The notes: generated by a model from the letters alone, not told the origin. DNA of 63,955 nt, filler included, from Reticulomyxa filosa (GCA_000512085.1; 20 parts of 20 records of this genome joined end to end with filler, not necessarily neighbours in it), one strand, 5' to 3'; positions 1 through 12,971 are shown, counted from the whole stretch's first letter. A program made the numbers and translations.

Positions 1-477
1 ACGACGACAAAACAGATCAATGGAAAAGATAATGAAGAGAAACGAATGGAGAGTCCAAGTCGCAATAGCATACATAGTCCAACGGTAAGTTTGAACAAAA
101 TAAAAACGTTGGATATTGATGCTCAACCGAGCCGAGAACATAAAAGTCTTTCCATATTGGAAGCAACGACAGATGAAATTTGGAAGGCACAATTCCAAAA
201 GCAACAACGTGACTTGCAAGAACTTCGCAAACTGCAAGAACAATTAGATGAAGGCACTGAAATTGACGAAAGAGAACTCGAGCGTCCTAAAAGTGTAAGT
301 CGAAAATATCAACGCAATAGTGGGGTTCTTCATACTTATTCTTTGACCACTTCCAATGTTCAAACACCTAGTGCCACTTCAACTGTGGATTCTACCAAAA
401 ATGGTCATCACCAAACGTCACCAACCGTGAATACGGTGGCATCACCAACCCGGCCTAGAACTTCCACCAAATTGTAA
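1..477 (+). CDS. Hypothetical protein, 3' end (short coiled coil + Ser/Thr/Pro-rich tail)
   Basis: Frame open from the window start to TAA at 477, followed by a T-rich 3' UTR-like stretch; no family motif recognised. Confidence 0.5.
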   Translation, partial: TTTKQINGKDNEEKRMESPSRNSIHSPTVSLNKIKTLDIDAQPSREHKSLSILEATTDEIWKAQFQKQQRDLQELRKLQEQLDEGTEIDERELERPKSVSRKYQRNSGVLHTYSLTTSNVQTPSATSTVDSTKNGHHQTSPTVNTVASPTRPRTSTKL

Positions 478-1436
478 ACAATAAAGAGAAGAACTATTAG
501 ACAAACAACATTACTAAACAGGCTTATGTTCAAGGAAACATTTCAAAATGTTGTTTTACATTTTTTTTTTTTTTTCTTCTTTGTGTATTCATTGTTTGGT
601 CGAAGCGTCTTTATTTTATTTTTTTAAATTTTTTTAAATTCAATTTTTTTTTTGAAATAACCTTCAGTTGAAACTTCGTCTTCCTCATCGACAACAAAGT
701 AAAGAAAAAAGTCCTTTTTTTTCACATTGACTGAGAAAGCTGAAAAAGACGTAATAAAATTTAATTGAACAAAAATAGCGGATAGTGCATTTTGGAGAAA
801 TTTCTGTGGACTTCTCCAAACAGCAAAATAATGAATTTGGACTTGATATGAAAACAGTTTCGGTTTTGATTAAATAAGTTAAGTTTTAACTCCGAAAAAA
901 AAACTAAACATCAAATTTTTAAAAAATTATGACGAAATCGTCGTCTTGTAACAACACCAGCAGGTACAACAAGACAAAATTGACGATATTTGAAATATTT
1001 GGTTGGCAAGCATTTATTGCCAAAGAACAAGCGGACAGAGAACACGTTCAACTAATTTAAAATGATGCGCAAATGTAAAGTATATTTGGAAAATGTTGAA
1101 CTTGTGAAGATTGACAAAGAATTCAAACAAAAATCAATATGCACCAAGTTTCGTGATTTAATGTTATCCAAAAATCGTCCACAAATTTCAATGTTCAATA
1201 CTTCAATTACCGATATGCTGCTAGTCACATAAAGGTAAATGAAGTAGTCAGTGACTTTCTTCTGACAACAGAACTGGAAAATGTTTGCGTCGATTGCAAG
1301 CAGATGGCATTAAGTCATTGTTATATTAATACACTGCAGCAATTGATAACACAAATTTCATTAGCAGTAATAATTCTTTGATATCGTATTGTATGAGTTC
1401 TGTCAAAGTATTTTGAACAGTTAATTGATAATTATT

Positions 1437-1536
1437 NNNNNNNNNNNNNNNNNNNNNNNNNNNNNNNNNNNNNNNNNNNNTTAATTAATTAANNNNNNNN
1501 NNNNNNNNNNNNNNNNNNNNNNNNNNNNNNNNNNNN
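1437..1536. other. Artificial contig spacer (first of 19)
   Basis: 44 N + TTAATTAATTAA (stops in all six frames) + 44 N. Identical spacers start at 1437, 7051, 9162, 11440, 12840, 16883, 18176, 19355, 22821, 29192, 31939, 37511, 40469, 42135, 43580, 45380, 49081, 56257, 62850. Confidence 0.99.
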
Positions 1537-3389
1537 ATTTTTCAAAAAAATTCCTATCTTTCAATTTCTTGTTAGTCGGACCACTTAACAAAATACAAAC
1601 AAAATCGTGATCAATTTCCTCCGCAAACAAACATTTGTCCCATCCATTCACATGCGAATCTAAGATAAGGGACAAATTGTTTGATTTTGCTACAAATCCT
1701 TGCAACTGAGTTTGACTCTTCAGACTGAAGAGATGCTTGCGGGTTTAAGTCTACATACAAACAACACAGAAGAAACCAGGAAAGTTCTTTATTGTTGATA
1801 TTTTCAACCCACGGGCAAATAAAAAAAGATGGCAGAACTTCTTATTCGCATTGAGTAGATCAGCAAATGAAAAGAAATTTACTAGATTAAGGATAATGCT
1901 GATTAAAATAAAACTTTGGCTCCTTTTGCGTGAGCGTGTCTTTGCAAAACGAACTACTTTTCGTTCTGGTCAGCACACCCATTTCTTGTTCATCTTTTTT
2001 GCAGTTGGGAATGCTCTTAGCTTTTAATTGCGATAATGATCGATGTTATAAAAAATTCAATTATTTTTTTTAACCAAAAAAAACGAATTTGCGTGGCAGA
2101 ATTAGTCTTATCCCCTTTAGGAAAAGTTTCAACACAATTTGTAGGTTTGAGCAATTAGAATTATAAAACGAAAGAAATCTTTTTGGGACAAATCAATATC
2201 AAAAAACGTACACTCCACTTTAAAAGCAAAGCCACAAACAAAAAAAAAGAAATATCTTTTTTTTTGAAATAATAGAAAAATCAATGGTAAAGTGTCATAC
2301 AAAAATATTGAATGACATATACCAAATCATCAATTCCTGTGTGTTTGCGGCTTTTTTGTTTTTTTAAAGTAAAAAAACATCCATTTCTCTTAAAATGAAG
2401 TATAATCATCCTTGAAATCGAAATTGCGGCCAAAAAGTAGAAAAAATAAATTTCTAATGCTTGAGTTTTTTGTACTCCAAAACGTCGTCTGGTTTTTAAA
2501 ATTTCTTATTGCAACGCTTTTTCTATAATTAAAAAAACAATGAATTAATTATTCTCACATAAAATTTTTTAATTTAAAAAAAACATACCAATGGCTTCAA
2601 TGACGACTTTTTGTTGATCTTTGTTGTCATGTAAAAAGCCATGTCCTTTTGTCTTCTTAGAATGAACCAAAACCCCATTGACTTTTATTTCAAAATTTCT
2701 ATAACATTAAATACATCATTAAGTTTATTAATTTTATTTTTCATTTTTTTAAATAATAAAAATTATTTACCCGGTGACACTTGGGTCTTGTTGTGATACC
2801 ACATTTATTTTATCACCAAATTTTTGGACCAGCAGATCCCGTGCAGCACGGAATCTGGGACCATACCCTCAGCCACCACACCATTGAATGTTCACTGTCA
2901 CTTTCTTTGTTGTTGTTTTTCTGCTTGAGCCTAATCCGTTTTTTTACAAACAACAGTCTTTCAACCAAAGTCACAAAAAATCAGAGAAAATACAAATGTT
3001 GCTACTAAAATATAACATACCATATCAATATGTAATCAATTCACTTTAAAATCAGAGACAAACTAACTACAGCAAGCAAAAAAGTTCGAAAGCCGGCTTC
3101 AACCCACTGACTTAGACGTCTCAAAAGATGTCAATGCCTCATTAACATTATATTTTTCCTTCAAATAAAGACTAATTGACTCTGTCTAAAGAGAATATCA
3201 TACCTCAATGTTCTCGATAGTACAGACCAGTCATACTAGTTTTTGTTGGCAAAGTTTTTAACATTTTGAGGTCATTTGAAGAAAAAAAACTGCAAATGTT
3301 TTGTAACTTGAGAAAGTGTCAAGGATAATCAAGACAGTCAATATTCCAATGAAGACACTAAATTGGGAACTTTTTAAACTCTAAAAAAA

Positions 3390-5539
3390 GAAATTATTGC
3401 ACATCCTTTCAAACAAGTAATATCACTCATCAATGCAATTCGTTTTATTGAATGGGTCTCAAGAAGACCGCAAGTCAAATTTGAAAAAAGCGTTCGGAAG
3501 CTTGCGTAATCAAAAAGTGTGTCGTCTTGTTTTAAACACTCTCCAAAGAGAAACAACAGCAAAGGCACTTAAAAAAAATTATAATAGAGAGGGTTACACA
3601 ATTACAAAGACAAGGAACATTTATTTCGTCCGTTTGTATCGCAATTTAATCCCTCAGAGCAATTCAATAAAATATTGCATGACGTGTACGAGGACGTGTA
3701 CGGCGTGCCAATGCAAGCGACGAAAGTGCCAACAGAAAAAGCAACAGTGCCCAAAGCCCCTGAGAAGACGAATGCGCAAGACGCAGACAAGGAAGACAGT
3801 GAGTCAAAGACGATTGAAAAGGGTGAGAAGGTGGACATTGACGAGCAAGATAGGGATGATTTGGAAGACTGGAGTGCCGACGACTATGACGTGGTGTATC
3901 CTTACGACGAGCAATTTGAGCACGAAATGTATGCAGAGGATGATTGGGTAGACGATGAGGATATTGCAGCAGCTATGAAGGCACAAAGTATGGTAGCAGT
4001 TTGTTGTAACTTTTTTTTTTTTATTTATTTCCCCTTCCTCTCCTTCCCCCCCCCCTTAAAAAAAAAATGTATAATAGAATTTAAGTATACGTGAATATAT
4101 CATTCATAAAAAAAAAAAAAAAATGAACGGAAAATAGACAACTTGGGTCCCGGAAGTGATGATGAAAATGGACACGACAATGACAAAGCAGAGAAAGCGG
4201 ATAAGAATGGACACGACGAAGAAGATGAAGAGGCCAACAAGCCGAATGAGCGGCGGAAGCAATCGGTTGAAAAGTCTGCGCCAAAGTTTTCGTTTGGTGA
4301 CGAGGACGATGCGGAGGAGGAAGAGAAAAAGAAAAGGGACAATGATGAGGAGGAAGATGCAGATGCAGAAGAGAATGGTGATGATAATGATAATGATAAT
4401 GATGATGATGATGATGATGATGGTGAAAAGAGAAAGCGAAACAAGAAAAAAGACAATGAAGACAAAGACTTAAAATTTGTGTTTGACAATGACGACGGGG
4501 ATGGAAACAAAGGCACGGAACAGGAAACGGACGAACGGAATCACGCACGCAAGAGCAGTGTATCATTGGATATTGACCGCGACGTTGAGTCGATGGCAGC
4601 GGAAGAAGAAAAGAACGCAAAGGCCCTTGCCAAGGAGCTGAAAAAAAGAAAGTTCAAAGCGAAGAGACGAATGACAAGCACATCAATGAATTGAATGCGT
4701 ATCAAATATTGAAAGAAATTGAAGTGGAGATAATTTATTTTGTGCACAAATATATGAACATGGAAAAGAAGCAGAAGAGCACTCAACCTGCCAATGGTAC
4801 CCACCCTCGTGATGGCGATAAGCCCAATGGCGCAAGCGAGCCGGTGGATAAGATCCTCGCCATGTCTTGGGATGCCAATGTATGCGAGTTGGTGGAAAGC
4901 AAAACTTTGGAACAAATGGAACAAGAAAAGCAGAAGGCAAAGCAGGAAGAAATGCTGCGCATCAACGAAAAGACCACGGAAATGCTGCGCTTGCCAAGGA
5001 TTATGCGTCATGGACACACCCATAAACACGAACAAGACAACCACGGAAACAACGTGGCGACGGATGCCTATTGCAGCAGTAGCGAAGGGGAAGGTAGTCA
5101 TAGCGATCGAGATTGGGATGAATCTGACGATATGGATTCTTGGCTACCCGAAAATATGAAAAACAAACACGGACTGAAACAAAAGAAGGAATTACTGCGG
5201 ATGAAACAGAAACATCGAAGTCGAGATAAACAACATTGGAGAAGGAATCGAGCCACTGCCAAAGAATTAATTGAAAATATTATTTATAGCAATAGCGACA
5301 GCGAAGGAAAACTCCACTTTGAAAATGGAGAGGACGGGATTGACCATGACGACGATAACCACTCTAATGCCAGCGAACATGACGATGAAGATCATGCGGA
5401 TCACAAACACGATGCGCAAAATAAACTCAAACTTGAACAGCAGATTGTGGACAATGAAAATACAAGAACTTTCTTTATGAAAGTGGCCATTGGTATGTGC
5501 TTCGCTTTTGATGTACTCGTCTCTTGTCATGTATCGTGA
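3390..5539 (+). CDS. Multi-exon acidic, low-complexity hypothetical protein (boundaries approximate)
   Basis: Consecutive D/E/K-rich ORFs 3675-3988, 4143-4694 and 4691-5539, separated by a homopolymer-rich GT..AG intron (~3988-4137) and a frame change near 4690; basic NLS-like KKRKFKAKRR. Confidence 0.55.
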
Positions 5540-6293
5540 GAGATATGTACCGCATATCTGCACTTGTTTCATAGGCGAGGGAGCTGATGAATGCGTGCAT
5601 GTACGGGTGTTTTGGGACGGATACCTGGCACAACTACAAAATATTGTGTTCAATAAATCAAGGACTGACAGACTGAAAAAAATGAAAAACTTGTTCCGCA
5701 ATCGAACCATGGCACAACATTTGTGAATTGTTTTACGTCTATATTTGATAAAATGGACCTTGAATGACTCCTTTAATCTCTATTGCGAGGGGGGGGAGGG
5801 ACATGTGCAGGACCACTCCATATTACTCACTTCCCTTGGCAAACAAAAACAAAAATCAATACTCTGCTTACATGTTGCCTACTGTTGGATAAAATTTTGA
5901 TATGTCTTTTCATAGTTTTCTTTTGTAACAGCCAAAATGTTCCTAAACTTTTGTACAACCTAAACCAGCGAATACGACTGCCAATTTTTCAAAATTTGAA
6001 CAATTTTTTGCAAGTAATCAATAACAATTTTTTTTCAATCACTCGATTTGAGAAACCAATGCTAATGTGTAATTAATATTTTAAACGGAAAGGATAATGT
6101 GCTGTCTTTGCGAGAAGGATTGAAACAAAGATATAATACCTTACCGAAATGAATCTAAGAACAAAGATAGGGAAATTACTGTTTTTCAACAGTAGTACAA
6201 AAAGAGTAGTAAGTAGAGTATTTTAATTTTGGACAGTCTGCCATTTCTCGCAGAATTGTGTTTTTGCATTTTGTGGCGTTGCAAGAAAAAAAA

Positions 6294-6988
6294 ATGGACC
6301 ACTCCATTATTCAAAATTTGGCAATTGAAAGAAGTTCAATGTCCCAATCAACAGAGATTTCAAATCCTTTTGGCAACAAAAAATGGTACAACGTGACCAG
6401 AATATATGAAAGTGTTAAAAATAACATGTCGACAGGAGAGCTTTTAACCGGGCCGAGCTTCGCGGCAGAGTCAACAATGGTAATTTTGTTCAGTGAAAAT
6501 GTGTTTTTGTTGATTTTTTATCACTTCCAACCCTTGGATTTTTTTTTTTTAATTTAAAAAAGTCATGTTCAGATATTGGAGATAAAAGATCGGACGCTGG
6601 AGTGTACGAAAGAACATTATACTTGAAAGAAGTGACCTACAGCGACAATGGGAAGAAGGTGCCATTGATGGAAGCAAAGGAGCATGAGCAAAAGAGAGAG
6701 GACTCAGTTAAAAATGGCGATGTTCCAGAATACATAAAAATATTGGACGATTTGTGGACGAAGCAAAATAGCGTGGCAAAAGAGGTGACACTTCCGCAAC
6801 AAATCGACGACGATATGTTGGTTGGAACGCTGGACGAAATGATCCGTTTACTTTGGTCCTTTTTCAATGGCAACGCCGATCGATTCTCCATTTACACGTG
6901 TTTGTACTTGCATAACGAAGTGCGTTTGCATCCGCGATACAAGTTGCCACACCGAGTCATGACTCCATTTGTCGACGCAGTCATATTG
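6294..6988 (+). CDS. NAA35: NatC auxiliary subunit NAA35/Mak10 family, divergent, 5' part (2 exons)
   Basis: Splicing 6294-6479 to 6563-6988 (GT..AG, phase 0) gives WYNVTRIYESVKNNMSTGELLTGPSFAAESTMSCSDIGDKRSDAG...LVGTLDEMIRLLWSFFNGNADRFSIYTCLYLHN, matching the Mak10 pattern W.DIT..F..A...L..GELL...F.L.EAMSAIE..DPKMDAG ... W..G.SL.QT.FTCLY.H. Confidence 0.75.
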
Positions 6989-7150
6989 GTTCGTTTAACA
7001 TAATACTCTCTTTTTTTTTTTAAAAAAAAAAAAGAATTATTATTATTATTNNNNNNNNNNNNNNNNNNNNNNNNNNNNNNNNNNNNNNNNNNNNTTAATT
7101 AATTAANNNNNNNNNNNNNNNNNNNNNNNNNNNNNNNNNNNNNNNNNNNN

Positions 7151-7729
7151 GTCGTTCAATTCGTGGTGATGACCACGTGGTTTTGATATTGAACATGATT
7201 GGGAGATGATCTGAATGCACATCCAATTCAACATCACCTGTTCTCCAATTGCTAACAAATGGAAGAATTGATGATATATATTTTTTTTTTTTTGTATTTA
7301 AATACGCAAAGCCGGCCTTTATTTACTGATGGTCTATGTCCGCAAACAATATTTTATGAAAAAGATAATAGAATGCTTGAAAGAGTGCCTTGTCCTTGTA
7401 CGTGGAAGGATGTATTTGATGTATTCAAAGGTAACAAACGACACAGAAAAGATTTTACTTATTTCTTACATTTCCTTGGTGAAGAGCTTGACTATACAAA
7501 CGGGGACGAGATGAGTGAGACTGGCAAAAAGAAAAAATTTTAAATTTTGTTGCAGAAGAAGAAAAAGGTTGATGGAGTAATAAAACATCTCATTAGAAAA
7601 AGAGTGCTTTTTCTTGAAAGAAACTCAAAAAATATATATGGAAGGGATCCCTTGGCCAAATATCGCTCAAATATGTGTGAAATGGACGATGGGCTTTACC
7701 TTGATTACGAAATGGCAATGCTCAATTAA
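7151..7729 (+). CDS. Hypothetical protein 3' fragment (interrupted)
   Basis: Protein-like ORFs 7259-7543 and 7547-7729; no motif recognised. Confidence 0.3.
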
Positions 7730-7859
7730 TGACATATATGAAATCTTGACCAAGAAAACTTATTTAACTTGACATAACAAAAAATCATACCTTCTGTAAT
7801 AATTCTCCATATTAAACCTATTGTAAGCAAATTTATTATTTTTGTAGTCCTTCAACGAA

Positions 7860-9161
7860 ATTTTTTTTTTTTTAGATTCGTAGCAGGGGGGCGTGTCGAG
7901 AGTTGGACTACTCTCTCGCTTCATCCTTAACTCGCACTGCTTTTTGCCCTCTCTACCTGCATAAACTCAGGTCTTTCTAGTTAAAAGAGAACCTCGTTCT
8001 ATGAAATAGAACACATTATTCAAAAAAAGAAACAAAAACAAAAATCTTACACCAACCAAAAGGTCCATTCAAAAAATAATTAAAACAAATATTTGATCTG
8101 TTATTTCTGGGATAGAGACTATAAGTCATTTAAGAGGAAAGAAATAAGTATTCATGTTTTTTCTCTTATTCCGTAATAGTAATTTTATGCATGTCGTCGA
8201 TTTTGGGGGTATACCAGACTTTACTGACTGTAGTGAACTTTCTCCACAGTGGCTATTTATTGCAAATAGATCTCATCCATTTTATTTAACAGGTCTTATG
8301 GACAGAGAAATCTTTCCAGTGTTTTTCGAGCGCTCAAAAATACATTATTGTCATTTGTCGCGATTGGATTTTTCTTTGGTTGAGGATTGTCGTTTAACTT
8401 TTGCCTTTGAGGAAAACAAAAAAAATTTAAAGTAACATCAAGTGTTTATCACTGTTATATCCCTCATTTTTTCAATGATTTTCCTGTGATTTGTGCAACC
8501 CAAAACGATTGAGAAAAGAAAGCTGATGCTGACGGGACGACCTGATACCTGTATTGAATGGGTTAAATACTTCACAAAAAGAGACAGCACTGGTCTAATT
8601 AAATACAGGTTACTTAACCCAGCTGATGCGTTGGTGAAATGGTAAGGTTACGCTATTGTGTTAAAATAACGAATGACAAAGAAATACAAAAAACAGATAT
8701 TAAAGTAAATTTTTATAAGGCTGGGAATTACTGTGAGGACTTTAATAAATTTTATAATAGCCCGACGATCTATAACACACATTTCAACGAGTTTACTTGT
8801 CCTGCATCAGGAATAACTTTAGAATCATACAGAGCGCAGCTCGTTCAATGATCGGTATGACTCTCTTGAATTATATATTGGAGTTTATGGACCCTTTCTG
8901 GTATTTGCATTCATTGACTTATATCCAACGATGCTGTGTATTAAAAATGTACAGGGACTAGTTGTATTCTTCAATCCACATACTTATATGTCTTTCTTTT
9001 GTTTGTACATTCTTTCGCAATTTGGTTCAATTTGAAGTGATGCTTGTGTCTTAATTTGTTCTTGTCAAATACTGCAGCTTGTGCTATTGAATATCCAATA
9101 TGTATCTTTTTGCTTATAGTAGCTTCATCACCTAACAATTGGCGTTCTGTTGAATCTTTTT
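7860..9161 (-). mobile_element. Possible highly degenerate non-LTR retroelement 3' end with poly(A) tail
   Basis: Minus strand starts KKIQQNA..LLG (weakly like the LINE post-RT motif KIQ..ALR.ILG), is interrupted by stops in all frames, and ends in a GC-richer block (7874-7960) followed by poly(A) (T-run 7860-7873 on +). Weak support. Confidence 0.3.
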
Positions 9162-9325
9162 NNNNNNNNNNNNNNNNNNNNNNNNNNNNNNNNNNNNNNN
9201 NNNNNTTAATTAATTAANNNNNNNNNNNNNNNNNNNNNNNNNNNNNNNNNNNNNNNNNNNNAAAAAAAAAAAAAAAGGGTGTAAAATAAGTGCAGCGAAT
9301 AATAAAAATATGAAATTGGACAAAC

Positions 9326-9704
9326 ATAAGTCGGCATCTTCAGCAAATGAATCTTCATCAAATCGTATTTGCCTTTCTTGGTCAATTCGAAATGGCAATT
9401 CGATGCTGCTTATCACTTCCACCGATGTCCCTTTCTGAACACCAAATATTGCTCCCAACACCCGAGGAGGGTTCTTCGGATCGTAACCCCCAACATTTTC
9501 CGCAACACTTATTTAACATTTATTTTGTTTTGTTTTGTTTTATGTTTGTGTCATATTTCCTTAGGTCCTCCTCAACTCTTCTGCCCTCTATCAAATTCTC
9601 ACAGTCGACAAATAGTCATTACAAAACACTCACTGTCGTGCTTGGTGGTCGGCAATGTTCATTATGGCTAACGGATGCAAAAAGATTCTCGTTTCATCGG
9701 TCAT
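9326..9704 (-). CDS. CSN6: COP9 signalosome subunit 6 (MPN- domain), 5' part
   Basis: Exon 1 MTDETRIFLHPLAIMNIADHQAR followed by GTGAGT donor; exon 2 PRVLGAIFGVQKGTSVEVISSIELP. Matches CSN6 LHPLVI.NISDH..R / V.GAL.G.Q.GR..E..NSFEL. The join needs a 1-base correction near 9490. eIF3f or Rpn8 are less likely paralogous calls. Confidence 0.8.
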
Positions 9705-11539
9705 CTTTGATTATTATATGCTCTCTTCCAAGTACTCTCCGTTCAACAAAAAAAGATGTGGTTATGACACGTATGAATTTTCCAAATAGCCTTCCCTTCT
9801 CTTTTTAAGAACTTTTTTCTTTTCTGTAAACGTAAAATTCATCGGCTTATTTTGTGCGATATGACACTATAAGTAAGCGCTCATTGCTTTGAAAATACAG
9901 ATCAAATATAGCAAAACAAAAAACATGATGCAGAAGACAGTCACAGACGGATATCCGCTTGAGATAGCTTGTAAAATATTTTATTGAATACAGCCTCTTT
10001 GAACAAATTAAGAAAGATAGATAAAAAATCTAATTCTTTTTGTTGCGTGAAAAGTGAACAGGAGCAGATATATGATTACAGATAAGATGCTTTCAGAAAA
10101 AAAGAGGGCTTGTTGATCACTCCAATGATGTTTAAATCTTTGGAGTTAAAACAAAAAAATGAACCCAAGACAACACAAAATTTCAACACAAACAAAACGA
10201 AAAACGCTAGAATAAGAGACATTTGAATCGAAATTGCATACTAGCGATACAATTTTCAATCCAAATTCTCCAACATCACAAAACAGCACAATGCAAACAG
10301 AAAAGTCACGTACAAATACATACACTTGTGAAACGACTCTTTTTTGAAACACTGAGAAGGGGGACAGACGTAACAAAAGAAATAATATTGAAGAAAGTAA
10401 TGACAAAGCAAATGACAAATACTTTGTTAACATTTCTTTGCATCGCTTTTCCAATTTATTTCTTTGGCTATGTGCTTTGCTGGACTTTAACTGGGACGAA
10501 ATGAAGGTAGGGCAATTGAGTCGACCAAAAGAACAAACAAATAAGTGGACGATAATCGCATGAACAAATAAATGAATAAGTGAGCAGATATGGATCCAAG
10601 CTGCATCAACAATCAAATCACTGGAGTAGGAATACATATGTATGCACTAAGTTGGATGTCACAAATGTAATTTGATCATTGAATATGATGACGCAAGCAA
10701 ATGTTGTTGGAATCTGAATCTAAACATCATCTTTGTTATTCGATTTATATATGAGATTCGCAATATTCTAATCAATGACTCGAAATGTAACTTTTCGAAC
10801 GTGTTGTTGTTTTTGATTTGAGTATTCTCTTTTGTGAAACTGGAAATGGCAGATGGAGTCATATATTGAAAGCAACGACATTTGACACTGTTAATTGTGA
10901 TATTAACACAACTGTGGACATATCGATATCAATACGAACTTGCACAATAGATTGTGAATGTTGATATGTAAATATTGGAACATGTTATTTGGCCATGACA
11001 AATACGAATTTGATGTGATATTTGTATGTGATAATACAAATAATTGTACGATATCAAATGAAACATCGACATACATGCAAATACGATACGAACATAAGTA
11101 ATGACATCAACATTTGTTTGAATAATATTTACTTTTTTTTGGAATACTTGTTCAGTTTTGTATCTATTTACACATAAAAATACATAACACAAATATGTAT
11201 GTTTGTCTTCACTAAAAAAAACAAAACAAAGATATGATCAATATACCGTTATGTATTGTATGGCAATATAATTCGATATTGCATTTCTCGAAAAGAAATA
11301 TTTCGAATTGTAAATGAATCGTCATTTGACATTACGCGTTATGATGGAGTTTTTTTCGTGTTAATGATATTGCAATAAATAGAAATGATTTTTATAATGT
11401 GAACATTCAACACTGAATATGTGATATCGAAACGACTATNNNNNNNNNNNNNNNNNNNNNNNNNNNNNNNNNNNNNNNNNNNNTTAATTAATTAANNNNN
11501 NNNNNNNNNNNNNNNNNNNNNNNNNNNNNNNNNNNNNNN

Positions 11540-12020
11540 GTCTCGATCGATAAAATCAGTCCTGAAGTCGAAACTGAAAAGATGGTGACCATCCAAGAAG
11601 CAAAAAGTCCAAAAATAAAAATCGCATCAATGCACGGATTGATCCACTTTTTATGACAAAACAGACTTTTTGGATAACAAGTGGATCAAATTGCAGTTGA
11701 ACAACTGTCATTACAATGATCATGATGGAACTGTGAATAATAAGAGATACTTGGCCACCAGCAAAGATCGTGGATTCTTTGTTCGACCAGAAAGCATAAA
11801 GATAACAAAGTGCAGTTCAAATTTAACGTAAGATCAACAATACCAAGAGAACGCTTTGCCAAATCGAAACATTCGAAATGCGTCTCCAAAAGAAACAACA
11901 AGCTGCAATAATTGGAAATGAAGAAGTTTGATGCCAACATTCACAACAAACAAAAGCAAGAAGAAAATCCAAAGAAACGCCAAAGCTTGTTGAGAAAATT
12001 TTTTAAAACAAGCTGCTGAT
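11540..12020 (+). pseudogene. CAP-Gly domain gene, degenerate
   Basis: GLIHF/YDKTDFLDNKWIKLQLNNCHYNDHDGTVNNKRYLATSKDRGFFVRPESI matches CAP-Gly (G.I.F.G.T.F....W.G..L......DG.V...RYF......G.FVRP), with frameshifts (~11652, ~11805), an in-frame stop and loss of conserved glycines. Confidence 0.75.
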
Positions 12021-12971
12021 TTTCTTTTCATGTTATTGTAAAATAAAAGAAGTTTTGAAATGTCAACATTTTATCACGTGAGTTAACTCAATAAAATCTT
12101 CAACATTTTCTCCTAGTAACTGTAAATTTATAATTCGAGTGAAAATCATTTTACATAACAAAAAAGAAATAAACAATTACATGCAAAATAAGCACTCTCA
12201 GAGGATGTGGTACTACTGATTGACAAGCATAAGTATCTGAGTACATTTCCCTAGAAAAGACGATTTATTATTGATGGAATATCCGAACTATCCATTGAAA
12301 CATATATCGACAGAATGAATCTAAAAATTACCAAATAAGAAACACTCATTTTATGATGAAAAGATTTACAGCGATGAGTTGCTCAATCAAACACTCTGTC
12401 AAAAATATAGCATTTTTTGCTATGTTGTCATTACAACATATAAATCTTTTGTTTTGCTTGGAAATGACTAAGATGTGAAAGAGACCAGCACAATATACAA
12501 ATAATTTTCGATATTATTTGCATTGAATAAGTGAGTATTATTGTTATTTGAATACACATATCACATTTCAAAGTTCGAGTGTTAGATCATATCGTTACTG
12601 TAATCGAAATATAGTTTGATGCCACACTTGAATGTAATTTCATCATGCTTTTGCTTCTTTTTTTCTTATTTCAATCATAAAATATCTTTTTATCACATAC
12701 ATTCCTTCTTATTTGATTATCATTCTTGTTATTATTCACAAAACACAATATACAATAATTCAGATGTTTTGATGTCTCACAAACGGACATTATTATTATG
12801 TGAGGCGAACATAAATATCGGTCATTATTAAATGTTGATNNNNNNNNNNNNNNNNNNNNNNNNNNNNNNNNNNNNNNNNNNNNTTAATTAATTAANNNNN
12901 NNNNNNNNNNNNNNNNNNNNNNNNNNNNNNNNNNNNNNNAAAAAAAAAAACCGGAGACAAAACACACAACG

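Noticed and set aside
780-1436. Degraded coding-like sequence (also 2780-3180, 13500-13950, 52470-52980)
   Set aside because: Stops in all frames and no recognisable motif, so no call can be supported.
1537-1740. EEIDHDFVCIL as a RING/TRAF start, and the 8-bp hairpin CTCTTCAG-A-CTGAAGAG
   Set aside because: The second Cys of the RING pair is missing, and the hairpin is short enough to occur by chance.
4081-4620. Poly-His, poly-Ser, poly-Met and poly-Phe ORFs (also at 26800-27234, 38855-39209, 43823-44140)
   Set aside because: Shadow frames of (GAT)n, (GAA)n, (CAT)n and poly-A tracts belonging to real genes or low-complexity DNA.
10146-11439. 163-aa hydrophobic ORF and adjacent possible WD40-family relic
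   Set aside because: Hydrophobicity comes from T-rich composition; the adjacent sequence is too degraded to assign.
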